Assembly (NCBI GenBank): GCA_964016885.1
Contig: CAXHJY010000590.1
Location: 1-64,000 of the forward strand
Length of the DNA: 64,000 nt
Direction: 5' to 3'
From: Eledone cirrhosa
Lineage: Eukaryota
In this document: positions 46,822-60,828 of the stretch, in pieces
Position numbering within the stretch: position 1 is the stretch's first letter
How the letters are laid out: every line of letters starts with the position of its first letter
The notes under the pieces: generated by a model
What the model was told of the DNA's origin: nothing
The model's database searches: none
The model's input: the letters and a program-made list of their open reading frames with translations, nothing else
Position numbers and translations under genes: made by a program

Positions 46822-47612
46822 TTTGGGCATGATTTAACAATAAACGAAAATACAAGATTTGTTTTGTTTAAGAAATTACAATAGAGAAAATGCGGTGATA
46901 GGGAAAATATGATTTTTAGAGAAAAGATATGATATATAATGGTGAAAATACGATATAGTGTGAAATTAGGACATAGAAGTGATTGAATGAATGGGTTCGA
47001 ATGGAGAGAAGAATCGAGAAAAAATTGGGCATAATTTAACAATAAACGAAAATACAAGATTTGTTTTGTTTAAGAAATTACGATAGAGAAAATGCGGTGA
47101 TAGGGAAAATATGATTTTTAGAGAAAAGATATGATATATAATGGTGAAAATACGATATAGTGTGAAATTAGGACATAGAAGTGATTGAATGAATGGGTTC
47201 GAATGGAGAGAAGAATCGAGAAAAAATTGGGCATAATTTAACAATAAACGAAAATACAAGATTTGTTTTGTTTAAGAAATTACGATAGAGAAAATGCGGT
47301 GATAGGGAAAATATGATTTTTAGAGAAAAGATATGATATATAATGGTGAAAATACGATATAGTGTGAAATTAGGACATAGAAGTGATTGAATGAATGGGT
47401 TCGAATGGAGAGAAGAATCGAGAAAAAATTGGGCATAATTTAACAATAAACGAAAATACAAGATTTGTTTTGTTTAAGAAATTACGATAGAGAAAATGCG
47501 GTGATAGGGAAAATATGATATATAATGGTGAAAATATGATATAGTGTGAAATTAGGACATAGAAGTGATTGAATGAATGGGTTCGAATGGAGAGAAGAAT
47601 CGAGAAAAATTT
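46822..47612 (-). repeat. 202-bp tandem monomers (~3.9 copies) upstream of the RTE ORF
   Basis: Repeated small ORF starts at 47057, 47259 and 47461. Confidence 0.95.
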
Positions 47613-47917
47613 GAACGTTACTTTATACCGAAGGGAACAGCCATCCCAGAAATAGCGAGTTGGCGATTTTGATTAATTTTGGTAGGGTTTTATCTTATAT
47701 GTATAGAGAGGGAGGGGGGGGGGGGGCAGGAACCAGCATGATGGATGGGTAGGGGGTAGAATATGGGATGGAGCAGAGGTTAAAAGTTTAAATAGGTACT
47801 CGAAGATTTGCGTAAAACTTAGCAAGTTTAACAAATTATATTTAAAGGAATATATAATAGTGATAGCGAGAATGTAAGGTTTAAGATAAGATCGCCGTAT
47901 TTTGGGCATGATTTAAC

Positions 47918-50058
<2,141 letters not shown>

Positions 50059-50251
50059 ATTATGTAGATACATCTACCAAGAGTTTACGGTAGTGTCCAA
50101 TCCGTATGAAGAACTCAATGTATTCCGGATATCATGGAAAGAAGAGATGTAATGAAAAACCACTTTCGGTGAAAGATAAACGGTATACAGAGTCAAGATA
50201 AAATATTAAACAAATAATGAATAAACAATTCCTTATATTAAACAAAAAAAG

Positions 50252-50406
50252 TTCATTATTTAACGATCGTTTCTAGGGCATATATGTGTTATAATTGGTA
50301 TGCATATTCAACAGATCTATGTACAAAATTATACAAAATTATACAAATTATCAAGATTAAATATACATACCTAACACATATATACGCCGTCTTCAGAAAT
50401 AATGAA
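50252..50406 (-). ncRNA. Type I hammerhead motif with ~115-nt extended stem II
   Basis: UUCAUUAUUU CUGAAGA CGGC...AUAUAUGUGUUA-GGUAUGUAUAUUUAA.../...UUGAAUAUGCAUACC...UAACACAUAUAU-GCC CUA GAAA CGAUCG UU^AAAUAAUGAA. Confidence 0.8.
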
Positions 50407-51344
50407 GTATATTTATTGATAATAACAACAATTCAAAATTTCAGTTCAAAATTGACCAATGAAAACACAAAGGGTTAAAAGCAGTTCGGTGTGTGTATAT
50501 ACATGTAAAATCCTTACACATATTTTACAAAAATGTATGTATAACTTGTATACGCATACTAAAAAGATGGATGCAAACACAAAATTTCAAGGTTAATATC
50601 TCTGTAAGCTTAAAATGCGCTGATAAGATGCGCATTGATACTTATGGAGTCAAGCATATACATATATTTTTTCATATTCACACATATCAGTACAATCACA
50701 CATACACGCGCGTATATGCATAAATATACACATAACCACGAACATACAAACACACACACACCCCCACTCACATTTATATATGTGGATATAAAATCATAAG
50801 CGCATGGATATTAAATCACTCACATAAAACACTGGCACACACATTTCAAGATCAAGATACAGAAATTAGGTGGGAGGGGGGGGAGGGGTCAGTATTCAAT
50901 TGTCTGAGCAGACTGCCTAATATAAATGTATCTATAAATTAAGAAAAATAAAAAAATAAAACAATAAAATATAATAAATATAATATAATATACATACACA
51001 TACAGATATATACACATACATACATGTACGCGCACATAGAAATATTTACGCATACACACATACACACATACATATACAGTCATACACACACATACACTTA
51101 CACGAACATACACATACACATATATAAAGATATATATATACACACACACACACACGCAACACATACACACATACACATATATATAAAAAATGAATAATAA
51201 AGATATATATCCATATATATATACACACACATATATATATATATATATACATATATATACATATACATACACATACATCTAAATATACATACACATACAT
51301 ACACACATACATGTACATACATGTACATACATATACGCACATCG

Positions 51345-51393
<49 letters not shown>

Positions 51394-51741
51394 TAGACAT
51401 ATAGATACATACACACACAACTTACATACACATATATATATATATAGATGTACATTCATACATAGAATTAGATATATAATCATACATACATATGCACCTA
51501 CTTATACTCATATATATAAATACATACGCTTCCATATATGCGTATATACATAAAAAACACTACAACCTCACCTAACTCAGACATACAAATAAAAATAATA
51601 ATCAAAAGGCATATGTATATACATACACACACGCATTAATAGAGATATATATATATACACACATACATACACATATATATATATACATATATATACACAT
51701 ACATATATATATATACATATATATATACACACACATACACT

Positions 51742-51773
<32 letters not shown>

Positions 51774-51856
51774 AACATATATATCCACACACTCATACCA
51801 CCATAAATACACATACAAACACCCACATATATATATATATATATATATATACACAC

Positions 51857-51895
<39 letters not shown>

Positions 51896-52042
51896 TAAAA
51901 AACAGACATGCACATATATATATATATATTTTTTTACACTTATATATACACATATTATATACACATACACAACCTCACTTATACACATATACACATAAGT
52001 TATATTATAATAATAAAGAATAATATACATATATATATATAC

Positions 52043-52079
<37 letters not shown>

Positions 52080-52200
52080 CATACATACACATACATACAT
52101 ACACATAAACATATACATACATAAATACACACATACGAATAAAGACATATATTCACATATAGATACCTATATATATATATATATATCTATATATATATAT

Positions 52201-52253
<53 letters not shown>

Positions 52254-53392
52254 GACACACATACACACTCACATATATATATATATATATATATGTGTAT
52301 GTGTGTGTGCGCACATACACATATATACACACACACATACAAACACACACAAACACATACATATGCATACGTGCACACACACACACATATATCACATAGA
52401 TACGAAGATAAACATATAAATAGAGAGACATACATATATATACAACATACCTACACATACATACATACATACGCATATACATACACATATATATATATAC
52501 ATATATATATATATATTCCCATATATACAAGCATACACATACATACACATACATACACATATACATACAACACATTCACATACACATACATATATAATGC
52601 ATATATATACATATATATACATACATATGTACACTCATATATACACACGCAATCTTACATTCATATTTGCATGCGCATATATGTATTTTTATATTTAGAT
52701 ATAAATACCCAAACCTATATAGACACCTACCTACATATATATATTCATACATAGACGCTTACAAATACAGATGATAATAGTATGGTGGAAAGGGGGGGTT
52801 TGGAGAAGGGGATCAAAGTAAATATATGTTTCAAGAAACATATAATATTTTCCGTATCTTTATTCAATGTATGTTCTTACATATTTTCAGTGCTAGGAAA
52901 TACGACAAACAAGAAAAGGCAAAATCTATGCATCTCAAAATAAATAAGTATACCATTAATCATATGTTAACTAAACCAAAGATAGTCAACATATTGATTT
53001 CTAAGGTGTAAATTAGTTAGGTTTATAATATTTGAAGCAGAATTTTGAAGTCAAACAGTAGTAGATTATTAATTACAGTATAACTAAATTAAAGTTAATA
53101 ACGTTATGGTATCAATATTAGGAAATGAATTTAGTAATAGGGAAAAGAAACCCAAATAAAAATAAAATAAAGTATTACATCGGTAGTAGCATATAAATTA
53201 TATGTTAACTAAATTAAAAATTATATATTTATTTCAATAGTATATGTTAATTAGTATATGTTAATTAGGTATACAATACATAAAGCAGATATTGTATTTC
53301 ATCAATAGCATAATATAATTATATGCAAATAGAAATCAAAATTAATACGCATACATATACATATACATACACATACACATATACATACATAT

Positions 53393-53433
<41 letters not shown>

Positions 53434-53504
53434 TACACATATATACATACATACAGATACACATACACACACATACATACACATACACATATACATATAC
53501 ATAT

Positions 53505-53848
53505 GGAGGCATATGGCTTAGTGGTTAGAGCATTGGCCTTGCAATCGAAAGGTTGTGAGTTCAATTCTCAGACCGGGTGATGTGTTGTTTCCTTGAGCAA
53601 GAGACTTTATTTCACATTGCTCCAGTTTACTCAGCTGTAGAAATGAGATGATAGGGACTGGGGTCTCTATCATTCCACTGCAAAGTGGTCGTGGAGGTGC
53701 CACGGCAAAAAAGCACCCAGCACTCACTGTAAATGAGGTTGGTGTTAGGAAGGGCATCCAGCTGTAGAAATCATGCCAGAATCAGTTCCCGTCCCACCCT
53801 TGCAAGCAGGGAAAAGCGGACGTAAAATGAAATGATGATGAAATGATG
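53505..53848 (+). mobile_element. tRNA-derived CORE-type SINE with RTE-derived 3' tail, inserted in PLE unit 1
   Basis: A-box TGGCTTAGTGG, B-box GAGTTCAATTC, CORE-like CCTTGAGCAAG...CTCAGCTGTAGAAATG, tail shared with the RTE 3' UTR; absent from unit 2; ATAT duplicated at both ends. Confidence 0.9.
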
Positions 53849-54314
53849 ATATCTTTTTCAAAAAATTGCACAGAATATATTAACTAGGTATATATCCAAA
53901 ACACATCCCATTCTATGATTACATGACATTCTGCAATTCGTCTGTATAAGGATACTAATTTTAAGCAAATTAAAATTAAAATTTTTAGGTTGATTAAAAC
54001 TAAAACCAAATAATAAATATATTTCCAAAATGTATAATAATTAGGTCTATAATACTAAAAATTATTTCTCTGTCATTGGATACACGATATTATTATGTTA
54101 TATTTTATCTGTAAAAGAGTTATAATAAAAGGTTTAAATAAATTAAAATTAATCTATAAATTAAATTACTAAGTATATATTAGTAATATTTAAAGGTTTT
54201 TCACAATTTATGATTACATAATATTTTATATTCTCATCTGTAATAAAATATTTATTAAATTAAATTTATAGGTTAACTAACATTTAAATTAAATTAATTT
54301 CTAGAATAATGTTA

Positions 54315-56756
54315 TTAATTAGGTTTATAATATTTAAATGTTTTTTTTAGTTTATGATTACACGATATAATTAATTCCTGTCGTTTATTTAATAAGATAT
54401 CCCTAGACTTCATTATTTCAAATAGTTCTTGGGAACATAATCTACATTCCTTTCTATTATTTTGATAAGGGGTGGCTCTTTTGAGCACACTCCAGGTCAA
54501 ATCATATTTTATATTCTTATTTTTATAACTATTGATTTTTTCTGCTAGAGATGTTGTATTAGCCAGTGCGGCATTTTTAAAACTATGCTTGTGGGTATTA
54601 AACCTTGTCTTAAAATTGTTAGAGGTAGCTCCTATATATGAGCAAATAGAATCTTTAGTTTTAACATTACATTTATAGACTATGTTGTTAACAAGACAAT
54701 TCCCTTTTAATGGGCAGTTTGCTTTGTTTCTACAGTTACATCCTTTCGTTAATTCTGTATTTGAGGAGATATTATGGTTAATTTGATGTACTGGTGGTAT
54801 ACTTATGGTTTTCTTACATTTATATGCATTATATGCACTTATATTTTGTTTTATGTTATTTGTTGTAGAGTATGAGAATTTAACTGTAGACCTATTTAAG
54901 ATTTGATGGTATTTGTGGTTTGGCGGGAAGTTTTTCTCAAGGATATAAAAAAATTTTTTAGCAATATTATCCTTAACTTGTAAATTAAAAGGAGCATTAT
55001 ACCAAGTAACTCGTCTATTACGGTTTCTATGTTGTTTATTATTTTTATTATTTTTATAGGTTGTATCGTGATTTTTACTAGGAGGATTAATGTTAATGAT
55101 CTCACCATAACTATTTTTAGTTATATTTGTAGATTTAGGTGTTTTATCTTTTTTATTAGGAGTTTTATTATTAATATTTATTATAGTTGTATGATGAGTA
55201 GTTTTTTGAGGGTTACTATACTTTATATTAGAAGATTTAGTATTTTGGGGTATATTGTGGGTGGCATTTAGGTGTGTACTTTTCATTTGGTGTTTGTTGG
55301 TAATATTATGCTGTATGTTTTCAGTATTTTTAGTAGAAGGTATATACTCTAATCTATTTTTGTGGCCACTTCTATCTAGAGCTTCATTATAAAAGGTCGC
55401 ATTTTTATCAAATACATCTTGGTTAGAAGAAAGGTTAGAAATTCTAAGTGATATATTATATGCAAGGTTTTTAAGGATAGATTTAGGGTGATTAGATTGT
55501 GAGTGTATGTAATGTAAGTTTTGGTTAGGTTTATGGTAAGGTTGGTAGATACCCGTAGCTAAATCTAAAGTTATATCTAGGAAATTTACTACTTTACTTG
55601 TTTTTTCAAAAGTAATATTAAGATTATAATAGTCTTTAAGGAAAGTTCTAATATGTTTTTTGTTTTTTTCGATTTCTGAAAGGCTAAGGTTGTTAGAAAG
55701 AAGAAGACAGTCATCACGATATAAACCACCTTTGAGGTGGGGAAAAGAGGCATTTATGTTGAAAAGGAGAAAGAGGCCCACAAGATCAGTAATTTGGGCG
55801 GAATCGCTTGAACCCATAGTAATATCAAAAAGATTACTGTATGTGTTTCTGGTCCAGTATTCATTCTGAAATTCAATAAGTGTTAGTCTAGCATGTGTAA
55901 TAATGTTAATGTCATCCGAAGTTAAGCTAGATCTATTTTTAGCAAATATCAATGCTTTGTTCAGGAGTATAGGTGATATAGAAGAATAGTAATTATCTAT
56001 ATCAAATTGTAGGAAAGAAGCAGAAGATTTACACCTAATATTTTTAAACCAGTTAATTACCTGGGAGGTGTTTTCCCAGAGTGGTAAAATAACGTGTTTT
56101 CTTATTTGTGGGATGACTCTATCTAAAATTTTTTTGCTAATTATTCCAATATCTGATTTGGAGGGACATATAAGTCTGATAGAAGGATTAGAGTTAAAGA
56201 TAGATTTGTGATCTTTCAGGTTGAAATGTGGTCTTTTCAATGCCAAAGGTTCAGTTCTATCTTCAATGTTTAGTTTTTTTACTATGTTGTGTGTTTTGTT
56301 GTTGATGTTGGTGAGTGACACATTATTAGATTTTTTATAATTTTTTCTGAGTTCTTTATATATGAACTCATTATAATGTTCAATATCCATATGATACAAG
56401 TTACCAGTTTTGTCCGAGTGGACATGGATTTTTTTAGACTTTTTTAGGTCCAATAGGGTAGAATCAAGGTCCTTTTGAAAGACGGATTTATACTTTTTAA
56501 ATTTGAGGTGTTTAATTAAATTAAAAAGGTCTTTCTCGAAGTCTTCAAGTAAAAAGTTGTGTGGTGGATTCTTGTAAGTATTGAAATCATACATATATTT
56601 CCGATCTGCTTGTTTAGATTTTCTATCGAAGTGGTAGGCTCTCCATCTAACCCTTCTGATAAAATTATTAGTTTTCTGAATCATAAGGAGTAAGAAGTCG
56701 TCCTTAGAAGGTATTGGTATGTTTTTTAAGGAGGTTCCTAAATATTGTTTTTCCAT
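54315..56756 (-). CDS. PLE protein (RT + C-terminal GIY-YIG endonuclease), intact, 813 aa from the first ATG; Hydra-clade-like
   Basis: SDKTGN, FDIDNYYSSI, TMGS, GLYRDD, VNFLDITL, WYNAPF, CNCRNKANCPLKGNC, IVY...YIG, CRLC...CNH. Confidence 0.93.
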   Translation of the reverse strand: MEKQYLGTSLKNIPIPSKDDFLLLMIQKTNNFIRRVRWRAYHFDRKSKQADRKYMYDFNTYKNPPHNFLLEDFEKDLFNLIKHLKFKKYKSVFQKDLDSTLLDLKKSKKIHVHSDKTGNLYHMDIEHYNEFIYKELRKNYKKSNNVSLTNINNKTHNIVKKLNIEDRTEPLALKRPHFNLKDHKSIFNSNPSIRLICPSKSDIGIISKKILDRVIPQIRKHVILPLWENTSQVINWFKNIRCKSSASFLQFDIDNYYSSISPILLNKALIFAKNRSSLTSDDINIITHARLTLIEFQNEYWTRNTYSNLFDITMGSSDSAQITDLVGLFLLFNINASFPHLKGGLYRDDCLLLSNNLSLSEIEKNKKHIRTFLKDYYNLNITFEKTSKVVNFLDITLDLATGIYQPYHKPNQNLHYIHSQSNHPKSILKNLAYNISLRISNLSSNQDVFDKNATFYNEALDRSGHKNRLEYIPSTKNTENIQHNITNKHQMKSTHLNATHNIPQNTKSSNIKYSNPQKTTHHTTIININNKTPNKKDKTPKSTNITKNSYGEIININPPSKNHDTTYKNNKNNKQHRNRNRRVTWYNAPFNLQVKDNIAKKFFYILEKNFPPNHKYHQILNRSTVKFSYSTTNNIKQNISAYNAYKCKKTISIPPVHQINHNISSNTELTKGCNCRNKANCPLKGNCLVNNIVYKCNVKTKDSICSYIGATSNNFKTRFNTHKHSFKNAALANTTSLAEKINSYKNKNIKYDLTWSVLKRATPYQNNRKECRLCSQELFEIMKSRDILLNKRQELIISCNHKLKKTFKYYKPN

Positions 56757-57099
56757 TGTGATATGGATGATGGACAATTGAAAGAGCTCAACTAAATGTA
56801 TATGGGTTTACAAAATCATACATATATATATGTTTATACATAAATATAAAATTAATACACACATACAGTACAAAAATACGAATATTTCCGTGAAAATAGG
56901 AGCAAAATTATGTAGATACATCTACCAAGAGTTTACGGTAGTGTCCAATCCGTATGAAGAACTCAATGTATTCCGGATATCATGGAAAGAAGAGATGTAA
57001 TGAAAAACCACTTTCGGTGAAAGATAAACGGTATACAGAGTCAAGATAAAATATTAAACAAATAATGAATAAACAATTCCTTATATTAAACAAAAAAAG

Positions 57100-57254
57100 T
57101 TCATTATTTAACGATCGTTTCTAGGGCATATATGTGTTATAATTGGTATGCATATTCAACAGATCTATGTACAAAATTATACAAAATTATACAAATTATC
57201 AAGATTAAATATACATACCTAACACATATATACGCCGTCTTCAGAAATAATGAA
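57100..57254 (-). ncRNA. Second copy of the extended-stem-II hammerhead
   Basis: Same sequence as 50252-50406. Confidence 0.8.
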
Positions 57255-58192
57255 GTATATTTATTGATAATAACAACAATTCAAAATTTCAGTTCAAAAT
57301 TGACCAATGAAAACACAAAGGGTTAAAAGCAGTTCGGTGTGTGTATATACATGTAAAATCCTTACACATATTTTACAAAAATGTATGTATAACTTGTATA
57401 CGCATACTAAAAAGATGGATGCAAACACAAAATTTCAAGGTTAATATCTCTGTAAGCTTAAAATGCGCTGATAAGATGCGCATTGATACTTATGGAGTCA
57501 AGCATATACATATATTTTTTCATATTCACACATATCAGTACAATCACACATACACGCGCGTATATGCATAAATATACACATAACCACGAACATACAAACA
57601 CACACACACCCCCACTCACATTTATATATGTGGATATAAAATCATAAGCGCATGGATATTAAATCACTCACATAAAACACTGGCACACACATTTCAAGAT
57701 CAAGATACAGAAATTAGGTGGGAGGGGGGGGAGGGGTCAGTATTCAATTGTCTGAGCAGACTGCCTAATATAAATGTATCTATAAATTAAGAAAAATAAA
57801 AAAATAAAACAATAAAATATAATAAATATAATATAATATACATACACATACAGATATATACACATACATACATGTACGCGCACATAGAAATATTTACGCA
57901 TACACACATACACACATACATATACAGTCATACACACACATACACTTACACGAACATACACATACACATATATAAAGATATATATATACACACACACACA
58001 CACGCAACACATACACACATACACATATATATAAAAAATGAATAATAAAGATATATATCCATATATATATACACACACATATATATATATATATATACAT
58101 ATATATACATATACATACACATACATCTAAATATACATACACATACATACACACATACATGTACATACATGTACATACATATACGCACATCG

Positions 58193-58241
<49 letters not shown>

Positions 58242-58589
58242 TAGACATATAGATACATACACACACAACTTACATACACATATATATATATATAGATGTA
58301 CATTCATACATAGAATTAGATATATAATCATACATACATATGCACCTACTTATACTCATATATATAAATACATACGCTTCCATATATGCGTATATACATA
58401 AAAAACACTACAACCTCACCTAACTCAGACATACAAATAAAAATAATAATCAAAAGGCATATGTATATACATACACACACGCATTAATAGAGATATATAT
58501 ATATACACACATACATACACATATATATATATACATATATATACACATACATATATATATATACATATATATATACACACACATACACT

Positions 58590-58626
<37 letters not shown>

Positions 58627-58706
58627 ATATATATCCACACACTCATACCACCATAAATACACATACAAACACCCACATATATATATATATATATATATAT
58701 ACACAC

Positions 58707-58747
<41 letters not shown>

Positions 58748-58894
58748 TAAAAAACAGACATGCACATATATATATATATATTTTTTTACACTTATATATA
58801 CACATATTATATACACATACACAACCTCACTTATACACATATACACATAAGTTATATTATAATAATAAAGAATAATATACATATATATATATAC

Positions 58895-58926
<32 letters not shown>

Positions 58927-59050
58927 ATACATACATACACATACATACATACACATAAACATATACATACATAAATACACACATACGAATAAAGACATAT
59001 ATTCACACATAGACACCTATATATATATATATATATCTATATATATATAT

Positions 59051-59103
<53 letters not shown>

Positions 59104-60252
59104 GACACACATACACACTCACATATATATATATATATATATATGTGTATGTGTGTGTGCGCACATACACATATATACACACACACATACAAACACACAC
59201 AAACACATACATATGCATACGTGCACACACACACACATATATCACATAGATACGAAGATAAACATATAAATAGAGAGACATACATATATATACAACATAC
59301 CTACACATACATACATACATACGCATATACATACACATATATATATATACATATATATATATATATTCCCATATATACAAGCATACACATACATACACAT
59401 ACATACACATACATACACATATACATACAACACATTCACATACACATACATATATAATGCATATATATACATATATATACATACATATGTACACTCATAT
59501 ATACACACGCAATCTTACATTCATATTTGCATGCGCATATATGTATTTTTATATTTAGATATAAATACCCAAACCTATATAGACACCTACCTACATATAT
59601 ATATTCATACATAGACGCTTACAAATACAGATGATAATAGTATGGTGGAAAGGGGGGGTTTGGAGAAGGGGATCAAAGTAAATATATGTTTCAAGAAACA
59701 TATAATATTTTCCGTATCTTTATTCAATGTATGTTCTTACATATTTTCAGTGCTAGGAAATACGACAAACAAGAAAAGGCAAAATCTATGCATCTCAAAA
59801 TAAATAAGTATACCATTAATCATATGTTAACTAAACCAAAGATAGTCAACATATTGATTTCTAAGGTGTAAATTAGTTAGGTTTATAATATTTGAAGCAG
59901 AATTTTGAAGTCAAACAGTAGTAGATTATTAATTACAGTATAACTAAATTAAAGTTAATAACGTTATGGTATCAATATTAGGAAATGAATTTAGTAATAG
60001 GGAAAAGAAACCCAAATAAAAATAAAATAAAGTATTACATCGGTAGTAGCATATAAATTATATGTTAACTAAATTAAAAATTATATATTTATTTCAATAG
60101 TATATGTTAATTAGTATATGTTAATTAGGTATACAATACATAAAGCAGATATTGTATTTCATCAATAGCATAATATAATTATATGCAAATAGAAATCAAA
60201 ATTAATACGCATACATATACATATACATACACATACACATATACATACATAT

Positions 60253-60295
<43 letters not shown>

Positions 60296-60828
60296 TACAC
60301 ATATATACATACATACAGATACACATACACACACATACATACACATACACATATACATATACATATCTTTTTCAAAAAATTGCACAGAATATATTAACTA
60401 GGTATATATCCAAAACACATCCCATTCTATGATTACATGACATTCTGCAATTCGTCTGTATAAGGATACTAATTTTAAGCAAATTAAAATTAAAATTTTT
60501 AGGTTGATTAAAACTAAAACCAAATAATAAATATATTTCCAAAATGTATAATAATTAGGTCTATAATACTAAAAATTATTTCTCTGTCATTGGATACACG
60601 ATATTATTATGTTATATTTTATCTGTAAAAGAGTTATAATAAAAGGTTTAAATAAATTAAAATTAATCTATAAATTAAATTACTAAGTATATATTAGTAA
60701 TATTTAAAGGTTTTTCACAATTTATGATTACATAATATTTTATATTCTCATCTGTAATAAAATATTTATTAAATTAAATTTATAGGTTAACTAACATTTA
60801 AATTAAATTAATTTCTAGAATAATGTTA

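Larger units (their letters stand above)
42952..47917 (-). mobile_element. Full-length RTE-clade LINE with 5' tandem monomers
   Basis: Intact ORF, 3' UTR with an internal ~111-bp duplication, (GAT)n tail, flanked by (TA)n. Confidence 0.88.

Noticed and set aside
53505-53580. tRNA gene (also 7618-7710)
   Set aside because: A/B boxes run into SINE body and tail; no full cloverleaf
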